Shown: positions 9,899-18,914 of the stretch, in pieces
How the letters are laid out: each line of letters opens with the position of its first letter
Position numbering within the stretch: the first letter of the stretch is position 1
Origin: an uncultured virus (IMG/VR IMGVR_UViG_3300031853_000016)
Taxonomy: Duplodnaviria > Heunggongvirae > Uroviricota > Caudoviricetes
Direction: 5' to 3' (one strand)
Length of the DNA: 64,000 nucleotides
IMG/VR virus record: IMGVR_UViG_3300031853_000016
Notes under the pieces: generated by a model
What the model was told of the DNA's origin: nothing
The model's database searches: none
What the model saw: only the letters and a program-made list of their open reading frames with translations
Position numbers and translations under genes: made by a program

Positions 9899-10398
9899 TC
9901 AACACCCCATTCATCACAAAGTCTTTGTAATTCTTCTTCATCCCATGTCGGGATATCGTTTTCAATGCAATCCTGCTTTGCAAGGTCTATCAGCCTTGAC
10001 ATTTGCTCTTTGTCATAAGTGCTTGAACCGTAGTATAACCGCACATTTGTGCATCCTTCAAGCTTGCTTTCCTCAGTTTCGGCTAACCATCCAAGCCCTC
10101 GTGAAGTCCATGCTTCAACAAGAGCATCAACCGCCTTATTTATACAGCATACAACATCATTATTGCCGCCTATTTCCTTAACGTATGCCCGATATATCTC
10201 TGTCTTAGCTATGTGCAGTTTTTCAGCTAATCGGTCACACATCACCCAAAAATAAGCATTTGCTGTCAAACTCCGCTTTTCCTTATGTTCCTTTACCGTC
10301 AGGGTATAGTCTTTATCTTCTTTCAAGCTGTCTATATAGCTTGCAAGTTCGGCTATTACCTTGACGGTATCGGACTTTTTGAATCTGATCTCTTTCAT
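9895..10398 (-). CDS. NinB/Orf-like recombination protein
   Basis: KRSLTANAYFW and SSTYDKEQMSRLID motifs. Confidence 0.7.
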   Translation of the reverse strand: MKEIRFKKSDTVKVIAELASYIDSLKEDKDYTLTVKEHKEKRSLTANAYFWVMCDRLAEKLHIAKTEIYRAYVKEIGGNNDVVCCINKAVDALVEAWTSRGLGWLAETEESKLEGCTNVRLYYGSSTYDKEQMSRLIDLAKQDCIENDIPTWDEEELQRLCDEWGVE

Positions 10399-11090
10399 GA
10401 CTTCGCAGCCCTGTAACAGTCAAAGCACACACCGCCGCAGCCTTTAAGGATATCGGCAGGCATTGCAACAGAACCATCCGCTTTCTGTATTGGCCCCATG
10501 ACTTTGCCACACTTCGGGCATTTTACCTCGGTTTCCTGTACAACAGGCTTATTCGCCTTTGTGCTTGTTTTCTTCGGGGCTTTGCCGTAGGTGAATACAA
10601 GTTCGCCTGTCTTTGTATTCCTGATAGATAAGCCAGTTATACGCTTGTTTTCTATCGTTATGCTGTCCACTGCAAAGCGGTCATATGTTGTCCATCGTCC
10701 GTCTTTCTGCTTCATGTTGCAGTCAGAAGCGTTTACCCATATGAAAGGGGCTGTATAAAGTTCACGCCCTATCCCGATATTAAAACAGGCTCTTTTGAAG
10801 CTGTCTGATGCCTGTCCTTTTTCCTTTTCGGTATAGCTTTCAGTTCCAACGTCCTGTTTTGATATCCACTGTTTTTTGTCCTCATCGTAAATGCTTACTG
10901 TGCAATACAGCCTGTCCCCAATAAGTTCATGCGTTCTCTGCCATCCGGTAACACCAAATGTTTCATCAAGGACGTTCATATCAACTCTTGCATCCTTGTA
11001 CAGCAGAAGCGATACACCCTTGTCTGAGCACGTTGCAACACGGCAGTCAATCTCATCTGCCTTTAAATCTCTGAATTTACACATCATCAA
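10395..11090 (-). CDS. Sak/Rad52-like single-strand annealing protein
   Basis: LLYKDARVD, KGQASDSFKRAC, GIGRELY. Confidence 0.8.
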   Translation of the reverse strand: MMMCKFRDLKADEIDCRVATCSDKGVSLLLYKDARVDMNVLDETFGVTGWQRTHELIGDRLYCTVSIYDEDKKQWISKQDVGTESYTEKEKGQASDSFKRACFNIGIGRELYTAPFIWVNASDCNMKQKDGRWTTYDRFAVDSITIENKRITGLSIRNTKTGELVFTYGKAPKKTSTKANKPVVQETEVKCPKCGKVMGPIQKADGSVAMPADILKGCGGVCFDCYRAAKS

Positions 11091-11304
11091 CCTCTCCTTC
11101 GATATTCAGGGGACAGTGATATCCGAGTTTGTTCGGATAATTTATCACCTGTTTGTTTAGTTGGCACGTTCTTGATGTTCTTCCGTAATAGGGACACTGT
11201 TCACAACACACATCTGCTCGGCCCTTATTGTCTATCGGAAAGTTAACCTCGATCATGCAGAAGCCTTTGAGGAATCCCGATACACCGCTATCAAAATTCG
11301 GCAT
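11077..11304 (-). CDS. Cys-rich hypothetical protein
   Basis: CCEQCPYY...CQL...CPL. Confidence 0.55.
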   Translation of the reverse strand: MPNFDSGVSGFLKGFCMIEVNFPIDNKGRADVCCEQCPYYGRTSRTCQLNKQVINYPNKLGYHCPLNIEGEVDDV

Positions 11305-11570
11305 TAATCATCATCCCTTTCTGCATATCTCCCGAAGCTATCCATGCAATCTTCGCAGATGTTGAATGTTGGATATCCCTCTATCGGTATCTGATAGTAG
11401 TGTTCACCCTCGAAAATATCCGTTCCGCAGCTGTCACATACATTCAGCGGCTTTTCAGTGTTGTTTGGGCAGTGCCTTGAACATGGATAGTGTCTACACT
11501 CTTCACACATTCTTGATACACATCCTTTCGTAGAAGAACATGATTTCATCATCATTCTTCGCTTTATCAA
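11304..11570 (-). CDS. Cys-rich hypothetical protein (start probably at MCEEC)
   Basis: CxxC repeats; coupled to neighbour. Confidence 0.55.
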   Translation of the reverse strand: MIKRRMMMKSCSSTKGCVSRMCEECRHYPCSRHCPNNTEKPLNVCDSCGTDIFEGEHYYQIPIEGYPTFNICEDCMDSFGRYAERDDD

Positions 11571-11675
11571 CTATTACCTGTGCGTTGATAGTCGGTAACC
11601 CCTGTCTTGCTGAGCGGATAATATCGTTGATCTTCTCCGCAAGGTCGATAGCGTACAGTTTGGCACTTTTTTCCA

Positions 11676-11906
11676 TTACCTCACCCCCACTTCACCGCAT
11701 ATCAGCTTTTCAAGGGGAATGTCGCAGTAAACAGATATCATTCTGAGATCGTCATATGTGAACATTCTCCACGGCTCTCGCATCTTTCTGCCCCATGTTG
11801 TTGGATTAACTCCAATGCAAAGGGCAAGGGCTTTAGCCGTGTACAGCCGCTGTAAAAATACAAGATTATTAAGTAACCTTGCATGGTCTTTCCGCACATC
11901 TTTCAT
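11676..11906 (-). CDS. HTH-type DNA-binding protein
   Basis: ALALCIGVNPTTWGRKMREP helix-turn-helix pattern. Confidence 0.6.
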   Translation of the reverse strand: MKDVRKDHARLLNNLVFLQRLYTAKALALCIGVNPTTWGRKMREPWRMFTYDDLRMISVYCDIPLEKLICGEVGVR

Positions 11907-11908
11907 TT

Positions 11909-12703
11909 TTACGCCCTCTTTTCTCCGTCCATAAACTTGTTGATGAAGTATATCTGTCCTCTGCCTGTTACCTTCGGTGTCTTGCTGATGCTTGTATGTC
12001 CATCCGAATGAGATATAACAGTTTCTTTTATCTCAAACCATCCACGCTCCATGCTGTACTGTGTCGGCATATTCTTATCACTGCCACTCTTTATGAGATA
12101 TCCGTTATTTCTCAGCCATTCAAAAAGCCTTTTCTGTCCGATATTGATGCCGTTTTGTTTCAGCAGTTTCGCAAGTTCGCCAACAAGAATTGATGTTTCA
12201 GCGGTCTGAACGCAGTTTGCAAAACAAATCTTCGGCTTTGCACGTTCAAGCAATTCGTTCTGTTTGCTTACCGTGCTTTCAAGCTGTGCGCTCTTTTCCT
12301 TTTCTTCTTTAAGCTGTGTTGCAAGCTGTATCAGGAAGTCAGGGGATGTAAGAGCCTGTTCAAGTGTCTGCTCTGTCATGTATGCGCCGTGCTTGCGGAT
12401 AGTAGGGAGTATCTCACTTGTTACCCAGTGCTTGAATTTCTTTGCTGTGGGAAGTTTGCTGCTGAACACAAGAGCGTATACGCCAGATTCGTTGATTACT
12501 GTCAAGTTCTGCTTTCCTCCAAGGGTGTCACACATCGTTACTCCCTTGTCCTCATCGTCAACATGATCTGCGATTGCTTTTCTGCTGTTACTGTAACCGA
12601 GTGCTTCAGCCACGTCCTTACCTACGAAATAAACATCACCGTTTATCTGTACCGTTCTTATCGCTCCGAACTCGGAATTGTTAAAAATCTGAATATCATT
12701 CAT
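11909..12703 (-). CDS. Phage antirepressor (BRO-N plus KilAC)
   Basis: YFVGKDVAEALGY, INESGVYAL, LPTIRKHGAY, TPKVTGRGQIYF. Confidence 0.93.
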   Translation of the reverse strand: MNDIQIFNNSEFGAIRTVQINGDVYFVGKDVAEALGYSNSRKAIADHVDDEDKGVTMCDTLGGKQNLTVINESGVYALVFSSKLPTAKKFKHWVTSEILPTIRKHGAYMTEQTLEQALTSPDFLIQLATQLKEEKEKSAQLESTVSKQNELLERAKPKICFANCVQTAETSILVGELAKLLKQNGINIGQKRLFEWLRNNGYLIKSGSDKNMPTQYSMERGWFEIKETVISHSDGHTSISKTPKVTGRGQIYFINKFMDGEKRA

Positions 12704-12909
12704 TCTGTAATGCTCCTTTCATCATCATTAAGCAGCTCAAAGTCAACATGAAGTGCCTTTGCAAGCTGTATGATAGTGTTTTTGTGTGGCTTGCGCCCCT
12801 GCTCATAGAAGAAGATAGACGCTTTTGAGACGTTCGCCGCTTTGCCTAATTCTTCCATCGTCATTCCGTTTTTGACACGGAGATAACTTAGCTTGTCTGA
12901 GAATTTCAC
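12700..12909 (-). CDS. Cro-like XRE HTH regulator
   Basis: XRE HTH, divergent from repressor. Confidence 0.8.
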   Translation of the reverse strand: MKFSDKLSYLRVKNGMTMEELGKAANVSKASIFFYEQGRKPHKNTIIQLAKALHVDFELLNDDERSITE

Positions 12910-12951
12910 AATAAATTAACATCTCCTTTATTAATCGTTTACAGAATAAAC

Positions 12952-12980
12952 TTGACAAGGATAATATAATAAGCTATAAT
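12952..12980 (+). promoter_or_regulatory. Sigma-A promoter toward repressor
   Basis: TTGACA-17bp-TATAAT. Confidence 0.75.
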
Positions 12981-13078
12981 GTAATTATCCATAATACAAC
13001 ATAGCCTTAGTTCTTGATATAGCCACTACGCTATTATCAGGATTTATTGTTATGCCTTGCTCGTTTACTCTATAAACC

Positions 13079-13107
13079 ATTATATCACCCAATCAGGGGA
13101 TTGTCAA
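13079..13107 (-). promoter_or_regulatory. Sigma-A promoter toward cro
   Basis: TTGACA-17bp-TATAAT on the minus strand. Confidence 0.7.
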
Positions 13108-13166
13108 TAAGAAATCCCCTAAAAAGAGGATTTTGTGATAGTATACAAATTGAAAGGGGTGTTTTT

Positions 13167-13481
13167 ATGTACAATCCACAATTATTTTCTGACAACATTA
13201 AGCTATGCGCTAAGAATAACGGCACAAATATAAAAACACTACTCACCGAGTGCGAATTAGGCAAGAATACTGTCGGAAAAATCGCAAGTGGTACTGATAT
13301 AGGTATTCAGACAGTTATCAAAATAGCCGACTATCTCAACGTATCAGTCGATTATCTTTTAGGCAGGGATATAAAAAATAGCACCCCTGATGAAATCAGA
13401 AGTGCTATTATAAGCAAAGTATACGCTATGTCCGATGAGCAGGCAAAGAAGCTGCTTGATCTTCTTGAATCTCTGGTATAA
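13167..13481 (+). CDS. CI-like XRE repressor (no S24 domain)
   Basis: KIADYLNVSVDYLLGR; GAAAGGGG RBS. Confidence 0.85.
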   Translation: MYNPQLFSDNIKLCAKNNGTNIKTLLTECELGKNTVGKIASGTDIGIQTVIKIADYLNVSVDYLLGRDIKNSTPDEIRSAIISKVYAMSDEQAKKLLDLLESLV

Positions 13482-13718
13482 TACCGAGCCTTTCCAGAAG
13501 ATATATGATTCTTTCGTTCATTTCCTCTCTTGTCATACCATCACCCTTATGCTATAATTTAAGAGCCGCCAGTGGTGAGACCGTAGAAAGAGTATTGATC
13601 GGAGGTATTTTGCGATTGTAGTAGATGTTGACGGCTTGTCTATATTATACTCATACAGCGTTCTATAAGGGCGATTTTATGAAAAATAACCGTTTTGTTA
13701 TGAAAAAGGAGTGATAAT

Positions 13719-14762
13719 ATGGCAACTGCAAAACAATTACCATCAGGAAGTTGGAGAATCCGCATATATGACAATGAACTGAAAAAGCAAGTCAGTTTTA
13801 CTTCTGATCTTCCCGGCAAGGCAGGCAAGGCAGAAGCTGAACTAATGGCAAGGGAATATCAACTCGGCAGGAAGAAGAAAAAGGAACAGGGAAAAACTGT
13901 AGGGGAGTGCATTGATGAGTATATCGCATTGAAAGAGAATATTTTATCGCCCACGACAATATCAGGCTATCGAAAGTACAGAAAAACAAGTCTTTCGGGT
14001 TTGTGTGATATCCTTATAAAAGATCTGACACAGCAAGAAGTACAAGCATATATTAATCGCCTTGCACTTACTATGTCCCCAAAATCAATAAGGAACGCTC
14101 ACGGTCTGCTCTCTGCTGTAGTAAAAGTATATGCGCCTGAGTTGTATCTTAACACCACGCTGCCGAAGGTCCAGAAGAAGATCAAGCAGTTACCCGAAGT
14201 AATTGACGTATGGAAAGCGATACACGGCACAGAAATTGAATTGCCTTGTCTGCTTGCAATGTGGTGTAGCCTGCGTATGTCCGAAGTCAGAGGATTGAAA
14301 AAGTCGGATATAAAAAACGGCATTATCACCGTTAAAAGGACCATAGTCAATGCAGATAATGAGCATATCGAGAAAGACAGCACAAAAACAATTGAATCAA
14401 CAAGACAAATCGAACTCCCTGAGTACATCATATCGCTTGTAAACGCTCTCCCGGCAGAACAGGAATATATTACCCCTATCAAAGATCATGCGCTTTATAT
14501 GCGATTTGTGCGCCTGTTGGAGCGTAAAGGTGTACAGCATATGAGTTTTCACGATTTAAGACATATGAATGCATCGATAATGCTTATGCTTGGCATTCCT
14601 GACAAGTATGCTATGGAGCGAGGTGGATGGAGTACAAACAGCACCTTGAAAAGTGTTTATCAGCATACATTTTCAGCTGAAAGAAAAGCCGCTGACAGGA
14701 AGATCAATGACTATTTTAACGGTTTATTAGACATGATATTAGCAACAAAAGCGGATGTTTAG
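13719..14762 (+). CDS. int: Tyrosine recombinase / phage integrase
   Basis: LRMSEV, FHDLRH, GGW, catalytic VYQH. Confidence 0.95.
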   Translation: MATAKQLPSGSWRIRIYDNELKKQVSFTSDLPGKAGKAEAELMAREYQLGRKKKKEQGKTVGECIDEYIALKENILSPTTISGYRKYRKTSLSGLCDILIKDLTQQEVQAYINRLALTMSPKSIRNAHGLLSAVVKVYAPELYLNTTLPKVQKKIKQLPEVIDVWKAIHGTEIELPCLLAMWCSLRMSEVRGLKKSDIKNGIITVKRTIVNADNEHIEKDSTKTIESTRQIELPEYIISLVNALPAEQEYITPIKDHALYMRFVRLLERKGVQHMSFHDLRHMNASIMLMLGIPDKYAMERGGWSTNSTLKSVYQHTFSAERKAADRKINDYFNGLLDMILATKADV

Positions 14763-14960
14763 CGATATTTCGTTGTTGTGTGATTTTTCGAATCCCACCC
14801 ACTGCGCTATACATCAAAGCCCGATATTTCGCAAACAAAGCGATTTATCGGGCTTTATCTTTACTTTCAATGTGATATTTATATCACAGTTGTATGCATT
14901 TTTGCATATTGAATATGCATATTTGCAGTTGAAATTAGACACGAAATTAGACACGAAATT
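14726..14960. other. attP-like site: tRNA 3' fragment core (14787-14809) with arm-type repeats on both sides
   Basis: TTCGAATCCCACCCACTGCGCTA core; GAAATTAGACAC tandem at 14931-14960; ATTAGACAT/ATTAGCAAC at 14726-14746. Confidence 0.65.
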
Positions 14961-15285
14961 ATATATCGTGCAGCTTACGCATCACGCCATTGTATAGCCG
15001 GGGCTGTATCGCTGATAGAACAGATATCAGCTCATCCATCACCGCCATAACATCCTTGATGGGCTTATCCTGCACTAACTGCCCGAACTCAGTCTCGGAG
15101 TAGTAGTCAACCGTTTCTAAGACTGAGGGAGCAGGCACAGAAGAATATCCGCTTGTATCAGGTTTGCCCTGCAATTCGTTCAGAATGGTGTAGTATGCCG
15201 CAAGCTTGATGCAGGTGTTAGCATTCGGATTCCGCTCACCTTGCATTTCGGCAATAGCCGCCTTTAATTCGTCAACCGTAATCAT
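14959..15285 (-). CDS. Hypothetical helical protein (post-lysis cassette)
   Basis: ORF with RBS, last gene of minus-strand cassette. Confidence 0.7.
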   Translation of the reverse strand: MITVDELKAAIAEMQGERNPNANTCIKLAAYYTILNELQGKPDTSGYSSVPAPSVLETVDYYSETEFGQLVQDKPIKDVMAVMDELISVLSAIQPRLYNGVMRKLHDI

Positions 15286-15301
15286 AGCGGCTTCACCGTC
15301 C

Positions 15302-15664
15302 TTACATTTCGTTCAGAATTCTTTCAAGCTTTTTACGCTTGTGTTCATCGGGAGCTGAATCAATTGCATCTTCCAGTCTTTCCCTGAAATCGCTCTCGGC
15401 TCTGCTGTATCCGTCCTCACGGCTGTATCTTTCACGGCGAGCATTAGAACCTCTGCCACGTGCATTTGACATTCTGTGCATTGGTTCATCCCAGTCACCT
15501 GAATAACCTTCTTCCTCCATCGCCTTGTTAGTGAGGATCGCAGTCTTAAACTTTGCCATGTTCTTGCCGTCCTCGATATCGGCTCTGGACAGCTTACCGC
15601 CCATAGCGACTTTGTTTTCAAGTTCGTCAAGTTCCTTGTCGATGTATTTACAGATTTTATCCAT
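15302..15664 (-). CDS. Hypothetical helical protein with R/Y/S/G-rich linker
   Basis: AAGGAGTG RBS; YSREDGYSR. Confidence 0.7.
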   Translation of the reverse strand: MDKICKYIDKELDELENKVAMGGKLSRADIEDGKNMAKFKTAILTNKAMEEEGYSGDWDEPMHRMSNARGRGSNARRERYSREDGYSRAESDFRERLEDAIDSAPDEHKRKKLERILNEM

Positions 15665-15681
15665 ACTGTTTCACTCCTTTC

Positions 15682-16164
15682 TTATCTCAGCCTGTTTACT
15701 CCGGCATAGTCAAAGACTATCGAAGCGTTATTGATCGTGATATTCTGTGTGCTTGCGTTTACAAGAGCCACGCTGTCACATCCGCAGAGGGATATAACAG
15801 GTACTATGACACTTGTTCCCACATTGCCTGCAACCTCAACAGCCGCAGGAGTGAAAGACATAAGGCTTTCGGGAGCGATAACACCGTCAACAGCAAGAGC
15901 AAGCTGAATTTCCTCAACTGTGCCGCCTGTCGGTATCTCGATGTTAGCGTGTACCTCGACCTCATAATTAGTCTCATAGATACGTCTGCATCCACATCCG
16001 CATGAACAACGGTCATGTGTAGGTGCGTTGCTTGCAAGCAGGAACACACCGCCTGATTTCTTGAAAACAAGTCCCTCGTTGCAAGGACAGGGGCTATTCA
16101 GAAACACGGCAGGCTGATTCGGTGCTAAGTTCTGCGGTGTAACTATGCTGTAATTAGCTGACAT
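15682..16164 (-). CDS. Cys-rich beta-sandwich protein (possibly BclA-CTD/C1q-like)
   Basis: Alternating beta pattern YEVEVHANI, LALAVDG, ITINNASIVF; CSCGCGC insert. Confidence 0.55.
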   Translation of the reverse strand: MSANYSIVTPQNLAPNQPAVFLNSPCPCNEGLVFKKSGGVFLLASNAPTHDRCSCGCGCRRIYETNYEVEVHANIEIPTGGTVEEIQLALAVDGVIAPESLMSFTPAAVEVAGNVGTSVIVPVISLCGCDSVALVNASTQNITINNASIVFDYAGVNRLR

Positions 16165-16178
16165 AGAATCACCGCCTA

Positions 16179-17099
16179 TCAGAAGTTATTGCCGCATCCA
16201 CAACCGCAGTTGTTATTCGGTGAACAGGTGAATACAGGCTGATTTCCGTATACAGCCTGTGCTGGGATAGGGCAGGAACGAAGTTCGTTCAGAAGGGCTG
16301 TGTTGGCTGCAAGCTGTGAAGCACGAAGCTGTGCTGTCTGGTCAACCTGTGAAGCCTGACCACGTGCATACATCAGCTCACTTCTGAGGTTAGCGTTCTC
16401 TCTGCGTTCTGCATCAAGTCTGTTCTGACAGAGATCATCCTTTATAGACTGGATTCCTGCTGTAAGAGCAGTAATAATGCTCTGTGTGTTCTGTGCAGCT
16501 TCATAGCGATCAGCGCAGTTTTCAGTTGCTATGGTGTACTTCAAATCTGCTGTGCCTGCCTGCTGAGCAAAGCCGTTCTGTGCGAGCTGTGCCTGAACAC
16601 CATTGAATCCCTGCTGATTTGCGGACTGCTCAGCAAAAGAGCGGTTAAGGCTTGCCATCTCGTTAGCGTTAAGCTGCTGTCCGATTGCTACCTGTGCGCC
16701 GAAGATGCTGTTCTGGATGCCGTTTGCAGAATTAGCAAGATCATAACGCATATCACCACAGCACTGACAAAGCTGTGTAGATAAGCCCTGCACGCCGTCA
16801 CGGATTGAAGTTGCATTGCTGTTCAGCATCTGATCTCTGAATCCGTCATTGATGTTCTGGCTATTGTTGAGCCACGGATAGAGGCCGAAGCCGTCCATCA
16901 TACCCATGCCCATCATTGCACCATAACCGCCCATGCCGAAGCCACCGAAGCCGCCCCAACCGCCGCCGAGGACAAGTAAGAGCAGTATCCATGCCCAGTC
17001 TCCGCCGAAACCGATGCCGCCCATGCCGCCACCGAAGCCACCGCCATACATAGGCGATACAGGCATAACCATTCCATTGTTATTATCTGTGAGTGCCAT
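16179..17099 (-). CDS. Gly-rich membrane/coiled-coil protein with Cys-rich C-terminus
   Basis: GGF/GGM repeats around WAWILLLLVL, Q/N-rich coil, CQCC, terminal CGCGCG. Confidence 0.8.
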   Translation of the reverse strand: MALTDNNNGMVMPVSPMYGGGFGGGMGGIGFGGDWAWILLLLVLGGGWGGFGGFGMGGYGAMMGMGMMDGFGLYPWLNNSQNINDGFRDQMLNSNATSIRDGVQGLSTQLCQCCGDMRYDLANSANGIQNSIFGAQVAIGQQLNANEMASLNRSFAEQSANQQGFNGVQAQLAQNGFAQQAGTADLKYTIATENCADRYEAAQNTQSIITALTAGIQSIKDDLCQNRLDAERRENANLRSELMYARGQASQVDQTAQLRASQLAANTALLNELRSCPIPAQAVYGNQPVFTCSPNNNCGCGCGNNF

Positions 17100-17243
17100 A
17101 TAGGCCTCCTTTCTCCGAGAAGCTATCTCGGTAAGCGTTCACGTCCTAAAGCGTGAACGGTAAAATTTATATCAAAGCCGAAGCTGTGATACCATGTTTA
17201 AAATACACAAAGTGAAACTGTATGATTTGTGCAAGTATACAAA

Positions 17244-17307
17244 TATCACGCATAGCGTGAATTATTCTTAAAAAGGTATTGACTTATCACGCAAAGCGTG
17301 ATATACT
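17244..17307 (+). promoter_or_regulatory. Promoter with two palindromic operators
   Basis: TTGACT-17bp-TATACT (17279-17307); TCACGC-N3-GCGTGA at 17244-17260 and 17285-17303. Confidence 0.8.
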
Positions 17308-17354
17308 ATAATCAAGGAAAACGCAAGACCGCCCGACAGGGCAAGGAGGAAATT

Positions 17355-17588
17355 ATGAATAAAAATTTAGTAAACCTCGAAGGAACAGAAAAACAGGTAT
17401 CATACGCAGAGCAGATCAGATGGACACTGTTCGGAGGATTAATTGACCTTTGCGAAAACGAAGAAAAAAGAGATTTATTCATATCAATCATCAACAACAA
17501 GACATCCGCTAAGTGGTGGATAGAAGAAACCAATTACGGAAGAAAAAGCGCAGAATCTGTATTTAAAATGTGCATGACTGCTGAATGA
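17355..17588 (+). CDS. Hypothetical moron protein
   Basis: AGGAGG RBS; LEGTEKQVSYAEQIR and SAKWWIE motifs. Confidence 0.75.
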   Translation: MNKNLVNLEGTEKQVSYAEQIRWTLFGGLIDLCENEEKRDLFISIINNKTSAKWWIEETNYGRKSAESVFKMCMTAE

Positions 17589-17601
17589 GAGGAGAATCAT
17601 T

Positions 17602-17853
17602 ATGAATAAACAGTTTAAATCAAATCAGGAACTTGATAATTTTGTACACAAATTCATCGAAGAAAATTTCAAGGAATACAAGTCAGCAGACTTATTCACA
17701 AAAGTAGCAAGAAACGCCCTTGATTGGCTTAACGGATCATGGGAAGATTACGCAAGAATCATTATCAATGCAGGATATGATATCGAGAACCTCAGAGGTG
17801 GTCTTTGTGATGAATTCCTGAATGCATATGACAAGTTAAAGGAGCAGATATAA
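17602..17853 (+). CDS. Hypothetical moron protein
   Basis: GAGGAG RBS, coupled to HTH gene. Confidence 0.7.
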   Translation: MNKQFKSNQELDNFVHKFIEENFKEYKSADLFTKVARNALDWLNGSWEDYARIIINAGYDIENLRGGLCDEFLNAYDKLKEQI

Positions 17854-18023
17854 TGACTATCAAAGAACTCCGCACCGCCTGCGGTATGACACAGCAAGCG
17901 TTCTCGGAATACTTAGAAATCCCGAAAAGAACTATTGAAGATTGGGAAGGAGAACGCAGAACACCGCCTGAATACCTTGTAAAACTTATAGAGTACAAGC
18001 TGAAACACGAAGGGCTGATTTGA
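17853..18023 (+). CDS. Small XRE HTH regulator (56 aa, not in ORF track)
   Basis: MTIKELRTACGMTQQAFSEYLEIPKRTIEDWEGERRTPPEY. Confidence 0.85.
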   Translation: MTIKELRTACGMTQQAFSEYLEIPKRTIEDWEGERRTPPEYLVKLIEYKLKHEGLI

Positions 18024-18239
18024 TCAGTCCTTCTTTTTTTTGCGACCGGCATTTATGTCGGTGACAAACTTTCTCAAAATTCAAGTTCTTTTGCGTAAAC
18101 TTTCGCATTTCGCAAGTATAGAAACGCAAAAACATTGCACATTTGCGTTTTAGGAGCAATTATTGAGCAATCTATACGCATTTTTATTGCACATTTGCGT
18201 TTGTATTGACAAATCGTTTGAACTATGCTATACTATAAA

Positions 18240-18315
18240 TGCAAAGATTTAGCAGACGGCTTTGTTTGTATCAAAGCCAAAGGAGAACAGAGATTGCAGT
18301 CTCTGTTCTTTTTTT
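18240..18315 (+). ncRNA. Candidate small RNA
   Basis: TTGACA-17bp-TATACT at 18206-18234, internal hairpin, intrinsic terminator 18284-18315. Confidence 0.5.
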
Positions 18316-18544
18316 ATCGTCTGAACATCCTCTGCATCATCTGTTGAGCCATAGTCAAGCGGTTCTGCGGTACACGTCCTGACTGCATCAAATGTTGAAT
18401 AATGCCCTGTGGATTGTTCTCCATGCCCTCGGGTATTGCAATGCCCTGTTGTTTCATCAGGTTCAGTGCCTGCTCCTTTGGGTTCTGTGGCTGTTGTGTT
18501 TGCTGTCCAATGCTCTGATAGATATCACTCGGCATTTTCTTCAC
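18314..18544 (-). CDS. Gln/Met-rich small protein (cassette)
   Basis: QNPKEQALNLMKQ, NPQGIIQHLMQSG repeats. Confidence 0.7.
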   Translation of the reverse strand: MKKMPSDIYQSIGQQTQQPQNPKEQALNLMKQQGIAIPEGMENNPQGIIQHLMQSGRVPQNRLTMAQQMMQRMFRR

Positions 18545-18908
18545 TCTCCTTTATTTGCGCTGTAATCGCTGTTATACGGCTTTCAAATTCTTCCCGAGTA
18601 ATATATCTATCCGTATCAACAGAAGCTGTTACAGGCGGTTTCTGTGCGTTCTGAGCGGTTCTTTCGGAATAATCAAAAATTCGCAAGGGGAGCGGCATTC
18701 CTGATGCATCAGCTGTCTTTATGCCGAAACAGTTTGATTCCGAATCCATGAGCAGAACACTCTGACCGGGAGCAACAGGATAGCTTTTCATAGCTTCGAT
18801 GCCTTGTACCCATATCAAGCCGTTAGACTGCTGTTGCTGTGGCATAGGCTGTTGATACTGCGGCAGATTGTAAGCGTTGTAATTATTCGGTATGTATCCA
18901 TAAGGCAT
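18525..18908 (-). CDS. Tyr/Gln/Pro-rich N-terminus plus globular domain (cassette)
   Basis: WVQGIEAMKSYPVAPG, LMDSE, YITREEFE. Confidence 0.75.
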   Translation of the reverse strand: MPYGYIPNNYNAYNLPQYQQPMPQQQQSNGLIWVQGIEAMKSYPVAPGQSVLLMDSESNCFGIKTADASGMPLPLRIFDYSERTAQNAQKPPVTASVDTDRYITREEFESRITAITAQIKESEENAE

Positions 18909-18914
18909 GATTTA

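Noticed and set aside
14787..14809. Complete tRNA gene
   Set aside because: Only the T-loop and acceptor 3' strand are present; upstream is integrase coding sequence
14931..14960. Mini-CRISPR or VNTR
   Set aside because: Spacerless 12-bp tandem beside an att core; fits integrase arm sites
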